From IMG/VR virus record IMGVR_UViG_3300012665_001179: a stretch of DNA of 64,000 nucleotides; one strand, 5' to 3'. This document shows positions 57,774-64,000 of this stretch, piece after piece. The notes beneath the pieces were generated by a model. It searched no databases, was not told the DNA's origin, and saw nothing but the letters and a program-made list of their open reading frames with translations. Every line of letters starts with the position of its first letter. The first letter of the stretch is position 1. The position numbers and the translations under genes are program-made. This DNA comes from an uncultured virus (IMG/VR IMGVR_UViG_3300012665_001179). Taxonomy: Duplodnaviria; Heunggongvirae; Uroviricota; Caudoviricetes.

Positions 57774-59849
57774 TTACTTTATAGCTTTTAATGTAACAAC
57801 TGCACTTGTCGGGTCTTCTATGTCAAAAGCCAACATTTTATTTTTCTGTGAATAAAATACTGACGACTTAGGTCTAACGTTAATAGTCATTATACCTAAT
57901 GCATTATCTATGCCTAAAGGAGCAAAGTCATTTATGGTTATTTTACCTAATAGATAATCTATAGAACCGACAACGCCACCATTTGCTAAAGGTAATAAAA
58001 CATTTTTTGTACTTTGATTAGTAACTTCATCTGGTTTAAAATAAGAAATTCTAATTTGACCATATCTATTCTCCAATACAGCCTTAGCTTCTCCTAAAAT
58101 ACCACCACCTCCAGTAATTCTAACAATTGCTGTGGTATAACCAATACCAGGGGTATTAACTTTAATTGATTGCAATTTTGAGTTTACAATCACTGCTGTA
58201 GCAGTAGCACCTGTACCATCACCAACAATTTCAACCGTAGGTGTTGAGGTATAATTAATACCTGGATTTAATATAGTAATCGATTCAACACCAGTAAATG
58301 ATGATGGAACTTCTTCAAAGAAACATGATCTTTGAACACCATTTTCATCCATCATCGTAAAGTTAGGTGATGAGTAGAAGTTATCTAGTGTTGTACCTCT
58401 TGATAATTCTACACCAAAATCTAATATGTAATCATTAGTAGCATTCAATGTTGGATTAAATCTTTTTGATAAAAATATTTCTATTTCATTAGAAAGAATA
58501 GAATTATCTGAAGCGTCAATTGATGTTCTCAATCCAGAAGATTTAAACAATGAATTGAATTTATTTAGGTTAGATGTACAGAAGTTTTGTATCTTTGTTC
58601 TTACCGTATCCTCTAAAACATTTAAGTTTAATAATGTTTTTGTTGGATCATAGTAAATAGTAGAATATACTTTAATAAAATTATAATCTACATCGATGAT
58701 TTCAGGACGAACAGTTAAAATACTGATTGGCTTAAGTACATTCTCAACAATATGTTCTTTTTCAGTTATTGTTAGTTCAAACCCATTCGCAGGTTTTGCT
58801 GAGATGAATACTTTGCCATAAACTGGCGGTTCATTTTCTTCACCACCCCAAATATTTACGGCATCAAAGTATGGGTATTTTTGTTGTATTAATTTAATGT
58901 AATCATTCTTTGTTACTGCACGATTCTGTGAAGTAAATTGTAATGGTGCGGCAAATTTAATCTCATCAACAGTTTCACGTTCTTTACCACCAGATGCGGC
59001 AGAATTAACAACGATATTAAAGTTTGAATATGAATTTAATGCTTGAGTTGCAACAAAGTCTGAGGATTTGTTTGCATTTTGGCCACTTGTTTTTAGATAG
59101 TTTACAGTTACAACGGCACCATCAGGTAATTTTTTACCTAAGATATCGTCACCAAAATAAATGTCGTAGGTTTGATTTTGACTTTCTTGTAAGTAATAAA
59201 CTTCAGATGTGGATGTTACTGATAAAATATCCGTAGCTAAATTATAGATTGACGATTGTGTATTTGAAACGGATTGACGTACAACTACAGTTAATGTAGA
59301 AGTATCAATGTTTGCATCGGGTAAGTTAAATGATTGTTTAGGATTACTTGATTCGCTGTGAGTAAACCCATAAGTTACTAATTGTCCTTCGTAAATATCT
59401 AAGTTACCAAATACAAAATTGTTTGCTGTCTTTTGTACAACTACATCTTCCAATGTAACAAACGTATAAGGAACACCATCGATGGCATTCGAAATAAACT
59501 TATAACCTCTAGGTAATGTAAGAGACTCAGGTGTAGATGATGAAGTAACCACTGTAAAATTAATGTTTGCTTTTGCAGCTGCAACTGATCTTGGAGTATA
59601 ACCTAACTTTTTAGCATGAGCAACAACTGAATTTCTCAATAATGCGGTGTGCATGAAAGATTCGTTAGCAATCATGTTTAAATAATACGCATTGTAGTGT
59701 GTATTATATGCTAAGATATCTAAAAGAACATTTAGACCAGCACCTTCAAAATCGTAATCTGTAAATTCACTTTGTTGTTTTAGAAAGTTTTTTAAGTTGT
59801 TCTTAATCTGGTCAAAATCAAGTTCCGTTACTTTTAATCTGTTTGCCAT
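57774..59849 (-). CDS. gp6: Baseplate wedge subunit (T4 gp6 family)
   Basis: ELDFDQIKNNLK, FTDYDFEGAGLNVLLDILAYNTHY, AKKLGYTPRS, QNRAVTKNDY and WGGEENEPPVYGKVFIS motifs. Confidence 0.96.
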   Translation of the reverse strand: MANRLKVTELDFDQIKNNLKNFLKQQSEFTDYDFEGAGLNVLLDILAYNTHYNAYYLNMIANESFMHTALLRNSVVAHAKKLGYTPRSVAAAKANINFTVVTSSSTPESLTLPRGYKFISNAIDGVPYTFVTLEDVVVQKTANNFVFGNLDIYEGQLVTYGFTHSESSNPKQSFNLPDANIDTSTLTVVVRQSVSNTQSSIYNLATDILSVTSTSEVYYLQESQNQTYDIYFGDDILGKKLPDGAVVTVNYLKTSGQNANKSSDFVATQALNSYSNFNIVVNSAASGGKERETVDEIKFAAPLQFTSQNRAVTKNDYIKLIQQKYPYFDAVNIWGGEENEPPVYGKVFISAKPANGFELTITEKEHIVENVLKPISILTVRPEIIDVDYNFIKVYSTIYYDPTKTLLNLNVLEDTVRTKIQNFCTSNLNKFNSLFKSSGLRTSIDASDNSILSNEIEIFLSKRFNPTLNATNDYILDFGVELSRGTTLDNFYSSPNFTMMDENGVQRSCFFEEVPSSFTGVESITILNPGINYTSTPTVEIVGDGTGATATAVIVNSKLQSIKVNTPGIGYTTAIVRITGGGGILGEAKAVLENRYGQIRISYFKPDEVTNQSTKNVLLPLANGGVVGSIDYLLGKITINDFAPLGIDNALGIMTINVRPKSSVFYSQKNKMLAFDIEDPTSAVVTLKAIK

Positions 59850-60253
59850 TATCGTGCTCGTTCTAGGAAGAAATTAATTGTTATTGGCTCTGTTCGGTTG
59901 ATTATACTGAAATATAATTGTACGGTAAAACCATTATTTGTATAGTCTGGTATTACAGTCGTTCCAATTACGTTTACTCTAGGTTCAAAGTTTGCGATAG
60001 TTTGAGTTATCTCACGTTCTATCATAATTGCAGTCACGGCATCTATATTTTCAAATAACAACTTACGAACATTTGAACCTATGTCTGGATTGAAAGGTCT
60101 TTCGTAGTGGTTTGTCAATATTAAGTTCTTGATCGAATTAATAATAGCAGTATCATCGACAAACGTGTTGACGTCCTTTTTGATTGGATGAGCAGTAAAG
60201 CTCAAATCCAAGTCTTTATATCTCTGCGGTATTTGGGTAGTTACGAGTGCCAT
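59849..60253 (-). CDS. gp25: Baseplate wedge subunit (T4 gp25 family)
   Basis: YKDLDLSF..HP, AIINSIKNLILT..YERPF.PDIGS and FEPRV motifs. Confidence 0.95.
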   Translation of the reverse strand: MALVTTQIPQRYKDLDLSFTAHPIKKDVNTFVDDTAIINSIKNLILTNHYERPFNPDIGSNVRKLLFENIDAVTAIMIEREITQTIANFEPRVNVIGTTVIPDYTNNGFTVQLYFSIINRTEPITINFFLERAR

Positions 60254-60257
60254 GTGT

Positions 60258-60265
60258 TATTTATT
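60258..60265 (-). promoter_or_regulatory. Late-promoter-like AATAAATA upstream of gp25
   Basis: Plus-strand tatttatt in the short gap before gp25; very close to the ATG. Confidence 0.35.
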
Positions 60266-61080
60266 CAGGTATTTGCCAGAATATCCTTTAATTTTTGAGT
60301 TCCTGTCAAATTAATCATCATACTTTGACCTGCCGAAATGGTATTTTTTATGCCATTTAAGAAAGAGTAATCAGTCTGCAAACTCTTACAATTCAAATAA
60401 TGATTGTAATCAGCCGTTCTTCTTTGATTTAATAGAGTATTTGCAGTATTAATACGCACGTTAATTGCAGTAATATCACCTGCATTCATAGTACTTACGA
60501 CACCTACAATCGAAGAAACAATATTTGCATAATCAGAACCTAATATTCTCGCATTTGATGATATCTCATCATTTACAAATAAACTGGTAAAAGCACCCAT
60601 AACTATAGATTTATCAGTAACATCTTCAGAACCAGCAACAATATCAAATGCTGCTGAAGTTGTTGATAATACCAAAGATTGATCTGGATAAAAAACGTTA
60701 CTTATTGTTGTGGGACCAGTTACACCAGACATTCTGTTTGTATGTTCAGTAAAACAAGTTATTTCATTGAATAATCCATTTGCAGCAGCAGACAATCCTG
60801 CCACTTCGGTAGGTATTGTAGGAAAAACGTTACTGCGGTCATTGTTAACGATTGCAATAATAGAAGTTACATTGGTACTCAATGAAGATACATTTGCACC
60901 TACAGGATTAAAGAAATAATCATCTCTACTTACTGCATTATTGGCAAGATCATCTTTTTGCCAAGTTGTTACTTTAGTCGGATTTAAATTTAAAAAATTT
61001 CGATTTGCATCACTAATTGTAATGATATCACCAAACTTATCGGTGTCGAAATTAACAGTTACTCTATTAGATACACTCAT
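60265..61080 (-). CDS. Hypothetical baseplate-region protein
   Basis: 271-aa ORF between the gp5 C-terminal gene and gp25; no family recognised. Confidence 0.7.
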   Translation of the reverse strand: MSVSNRVTVNFDTDKFGDIITISDANRNFLNLNPTKVTTWQKDDLANNAVSRDDYFFNPVGANVSSLSTNVTSIIAIVNNDRSNVFPTIPTEVAGLSAAANGLFNEITCFTEHTNRMSGVTGPTTISNVFYPDQSLVLSTTSAAFDIVAGSEDVTDKSIVMGAFTSLFVNDEISSNARILGSDYANIVSSIVGVVSTMNAGDITAINVRINTANTLLNQRRTADYNHYLNCKSLQTDYSFLNGIKNTISAGQSMMINLTGTQKLKDILANT

Positions 61081-61092
61081 AATTATTTTCTA

Positions 61093-61986
61093 TTAAGCAA
61101 TTGCTGTTGTACCGGTTGTAAGCTGGCCATCATTACCATTACCATGCAAGTGTGTATTATATTGTGATCTTAATGCCATTAAAGATCCGCCATTATCAAG
61201 TACCATTCCACTAGTGACAGTACCAGTATTATTCATAGTTGTAGAGTTCAAAATTCCCGTATCAATTATCATAGCGTTCATGTAAGGAGCGCTCACGGAG
61301 GTATCAGCAACAACAACACCTACACCTGGAAAAGTTAAGCTAGGAGAAATATGGCCTACTTCTAATCCACCCATAGTAGCTATACCCATCATTGATGTTA
61401 TTTTTTGTGATGTAGTTATATTTAATTCAGCATGTATTCCACTCTTTGAAGCAATTGCACCAGTAACATCTAAATTACCTTGTATTTGTACTCCTTCAGA
61501 AGATGACAAAGTAATATCACTCAATAACCCACCAACAGATAAATCCATATCGCCTTGAGAATTTATCGAACAATCACCAGCAACATATGTAGTAGAATCT
61601 CCTCGAACTTCTTGGAAAAAATCTCCATCAATACGTTGAACATAATCACCTTTAACATGCATTGTACAATTACCCTCAATGGTAATATTACAATAACCCT
61701 TAATTAATACATTTTTATTTCTAGTGATAATTTCATAACCATCACCAACAATTTTATGCACTTCAGTGCCGTCATTTTGAACTTCAGTATAAGAACCTGA
61801 ACGATGTTGTATTCGGTGATGTTCATATTCAGGCGTTGAGTCCATATGAAATGAACTTCCTGAAGGTGTTTGAGCTATAACCTTGTTATGAGGATGCTTA
61901 GAATATTTTAATTGAGATTCCGGTTCAATCCAAGTTTCAATACCCTCAGGTCTATTATCAAGATATGTGTTAGTATTAATCGTCAT
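61093..61986 (-). CDS. gp5: gp5 C-terminal part: beta-helix puncturing spike
   Basis: EPES....HPHNKV..TPSG....DSTP......HRSGSYTEV..DG..VHKIVGDGYEI, V.G/I.G beta-helix repeats, and terminal YNTHLH. Confidence 0.8.
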   Translation of the reverse strand: MTINTNTYLDNRPEGIETWIEPESQLKYSKHPHNKVIAQTPSGSSFHMDSTPEYEHHRIQHRSGSYTEVQNDGTEVHKIVGDGYEIITRNKNVLIKGYCNITIEGNCTMHVKGDYVQRIDGDFFQEVRGDSTTYVAGDCSINSQGDMDLSVGGLLSDITLSSSEGVQIQGNLDVTGAIASKSGIHAELNITTSQKITSMMGIATMGGLEVGHISPSLTFPGVGVVVADTSVSAPYMNAMIIDTGILNSTTMNNTGTVTSGMVLDNGGSLMALRSQYNTHLHGNGNDGQLTTGTTAIA

Positions 61987-61988
61987 AG

Positions 61989-63356
61989 TTACATTACATA
62001 TTCTTTAGTTTGTTGGCTAGCATCAATTATAGTTTTTTCTGCTTCTGGTGAAGAAATATTATTAAAGAAATCTTGTGTTGCATTTGCTGTAATTTCAAAT
62101 TGGTTTTGAACGTTTTGAAATGAATCGGAGAATCTATCTATAATTGTTGGAGGTTGTGTATCACTTACAACACCACTTACAATACCACCAGCAATAGCTG
62201 ATTTCAATTCTGAAATTAATTCAGCTGCACACTGAGCAACAATCGAAGCTATGATTGCTGGTAATGATAATAACCATTTTAAAAGTTCTGCGGCAAGTTT
62301 AATCAATTCCTGTATTGCTGTAATTAACTTTTTAATTACTTTTACAAACTTCAATATTCGTTTTAATTCACTAGCAAATTTTCTTATCTTATTTCTAATT
62401 GTTTGTATTAATGGTGAGGTAGATTCACTAGCAAAATATGCTTCTAATTTCTCACGTATTGCTGAAATAGCTTGTCGAACTAATAAAACAAATTCATAGA
62501 TTGCTTGTTTTGTTGATTGTGATATACTACAAACATGCACTCTATTTTTATCAGCCTGTTCAATTGTTGAACCCACATAACAAGAATTGTTATTTGGAAT
62601 TCCGTTACCTCTATTTAGGTCAGAGCCAGACGTACTTTTGGCTCGTGATGCTAATGGTGAAATAGCTCCACAACCATGAAATTGAGATGCACTAATAATT
62701 GTTCCGTAAGGTGCCATTGGTTCTATAAGTGCGTCAGCTATAGAAAGAGTTACACCCCAACCATCATTTTCATTTCTCGATAATAATATTTTTATTTGAA
62801 TGTCATTAAATTTGTAAGAAGAATAATTATTTAAAAAATTTTTGATGTAATCATATCTCGATTTTTTCTTATCGTCAGGAGAATAATATTCTTCGTAAAC
62901 TTTTCTAAGTTCTTTTTCAAAGAGACTTAATCCTACAGGATTTCTATGCAAATCTTCTCTAAGTTTCAACCAGTTTAAATCTCTAGGAACACCAGTTTTA
63001 TACAACTCCTCCATAGCAACTGGATAGTGCTGCCAAATTTTTTTGTAGTAATTATTAACAGCATTGATTGGTGTGTCACCAGCAGGTAAAGACATTTCAC
63101 CTGTATATTTACCTTGTACGTTTAAAGTACCTGTGTTATCAAGATAACTACCATAAACAAAATCATTTAATTGTAATGAACAATTTTCAAAAGCAGTACT
63201 ATTAACAGACCACGGCAAAGCGGCTGTAGGAAGTGCTTGTCGATTGTATGTCTGGTCTAATCTACGAACTCTAACTCTTCCTTGAAGTGTAGGGTCTTTA
63301 TTATCTTCAACAACACCGTACCAAACAGTATTAAGATTTCTATCGTAATAAGTCAT
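61989..63356 (-). CDS. gp5: gp5 N-terminal part: OB-fold hub-binding domain plus unknown helical domains
   Basis: WYGVVEDNKDP.LQGRVRVR...LPT..LPW is the gp5 OB-fold signature; no lysozyme domain recognised. Confidence 0.75.
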   Translation of the reverse strand: MTYYDRNLNTVWYGVVEDNKDPTLQGRVRVRRLDQTYNRQALPTAALPWSVNSTAFENCSLQLNDFVYGSYLDNTGTLNVQGKYTGEMSLPAGDTPINAVNNYYKKIWQHYPVAMEELYKTGVPRDLNWLKLREDLHRNPVGLSLFEKELRKVYEEYYSPDDKKKSRYDYIKNFLNNYSSYKFNDIQIKILLSRNENDGWGVTLSIADALIEPMAPYGTIISASQFHGCGAISPLASRAKSTSGSDLNRGNGIPNNNSCYVGSTIEQADKNRVHVCSISQSTKQAIYEFVLLVRQAISAIREKLEAYFASESTSPLIQTIRNKIRKFASELKRILKFVKVIKKLITAIQELIKLAAELLKWLLSLPAIIASIVAQCAAELISELKSAIAGGIVSGVVSDTQPPTIIDRFSDSFQNVQNQFEITANATQDFFNNISSPEAEKTIIDASQQTKEYVM

Positions 63357-63359
63357 GTT

Positions 63360-64000
63360 TTAACCTGATATAGTTTGCAAAGGCGAACTAGCGTAATACG
63401 CATTTTTATTTACTGTAGAATTTGTTGAATCTGTAACAGCTTCAACTACCACTTCATGCATATTGTTTTTTGCTTTAATTATATGCCTAGTTGCAGTTAT
63501 TAAATAGTTTCCAGTTAAAGATTTATCATGAACATCTTCATCTTCCGATTTATAACCTCTAGTGGGAACAAATACACCAATACTTCTACCACATGTTATA
63601 TCAAAATCACCATTTAATACCATTTTTATTTGTCTTGTATTCAAAGAATCAAATATTGCGGATCTTTGAAACTTAATCTTTTCGGTCATTTCTAAAAATG
63701 TAATTGACTCTCTATCACCGGTTTTAACAAAATCACTATCTCGCCTTGATGTTTGAAATGGGTGAATTACAATCTTGGAATTAAACATTTCTGTATTTTT
63801 TAAACCCGCACGATTCTCTATTTCTGTTAGTAAAGGACTCTTATTAAGATGATTAGGAATAGTATTGTAATGGTCAGCATAATTTAAATTTTCTACAGTT
63901 ATGGTTTTTGTTAATGGATCAAACCCAATAAATGTACCAGCATATACGCCTTTTCTAACATTGTCTAAAAAGTTATTTTGGTTTTTAACTTCAAAATGTT
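63360..64000 (-). CDS. Baseplate hub/tail protein (gp27-like position), 5'-truncated
   Basis: The frame stays open beyond the track's internal Met at 63788 to the window edge (HFEVKNQNNFLDNVRKGVYAG...); C-terminal NGDFDITCG...LTGNYLITATRHII motif of hub proteins; directly upstream of gp5. Confidence 0.65.
   Translation of the reverse strand, partial: HFEVKNQNNFLDNVRKGVYAGTFIGFDPLTKTITVENLNYADHYNTIPNHLNKSPLLTEIENRAGLKNTEMFNSKIVIHPFQTSRRDSDFVKTGDRESITFLEMTEKIKFQRSAIFDSLNTRQIKMVLNGDFDITCGRSIGVFVPTRGYKSEDEDVHDKSLTGNYLITATRHIIKAKNNMHEVVVEAVTDSTNSTVNKNAYYASSPLQTISG

Noticed and set aside
524..62499. Numerous 60-150-aa plus-strand ORFs and short out-of-frame minus-strand ORFs in the track
   Set aside because: All lie within long, recognisable minus-strand genes and have no motifs; they are antisense or frame shadows, favoured by repetitive Ala/Asn/Thr codons.
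63360..63788. 142-aa ORF as a complete gene
   Set aside because: The frame remains open to the window edge, so this is the C-terminal part of a longer protein.
1..64000. Stop-codon reassignment, tRNAs or structured ncRNAs
   Set aside because: Core genes are full length in the standard code and all three stops are used; intergenic gaps are under about 60 nt, leaving no room for RNA genes.

Overview
A 64-kb, gene-dense, entirely minus-strand segment of a large T4-like (Tevenvirinae/Kyanoviridae-type architecture) myovirus genome, containing most of the late morphogenesis module. In transcription order (64000->1): partial baseplate hub, a genetically split gp5, gp25, gp6, a 3533-aa gp7 extended with about 16 Ig-like repeats and 4 LamG domains (one circularly permuted), gp8, a 2055-aa DUF4815/VrlC-like protein, fibre genes, neck gp13/gp14/gp15, terminase gp16/gp17 with a Dps gene between them, gp18, gp19, gp20, prohead core/protease/scaffold genes and the 5' part of gp23. 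The main unexplained element is a 10.5-kb, tightly coupled 14-gene block (25644-36117) inside the fibre genes. It encodes five radical SAM/SPASM-type proteins, three 2OG-Fe(II) oxygenases, a small JmjC/cupin oxygenase, four unknown proteins and a 181-aa structural-looking protein whose only Cys and His residues sit in a C-terminal CHTSCHSSCHGARGRR tail. My best inference is a phage-encoded RiPP-like post-translational modification system acting on a virion-associated protein. All family assignments come from motif recognition by eye; no database searches were run, and the host cannot be determined from this window.
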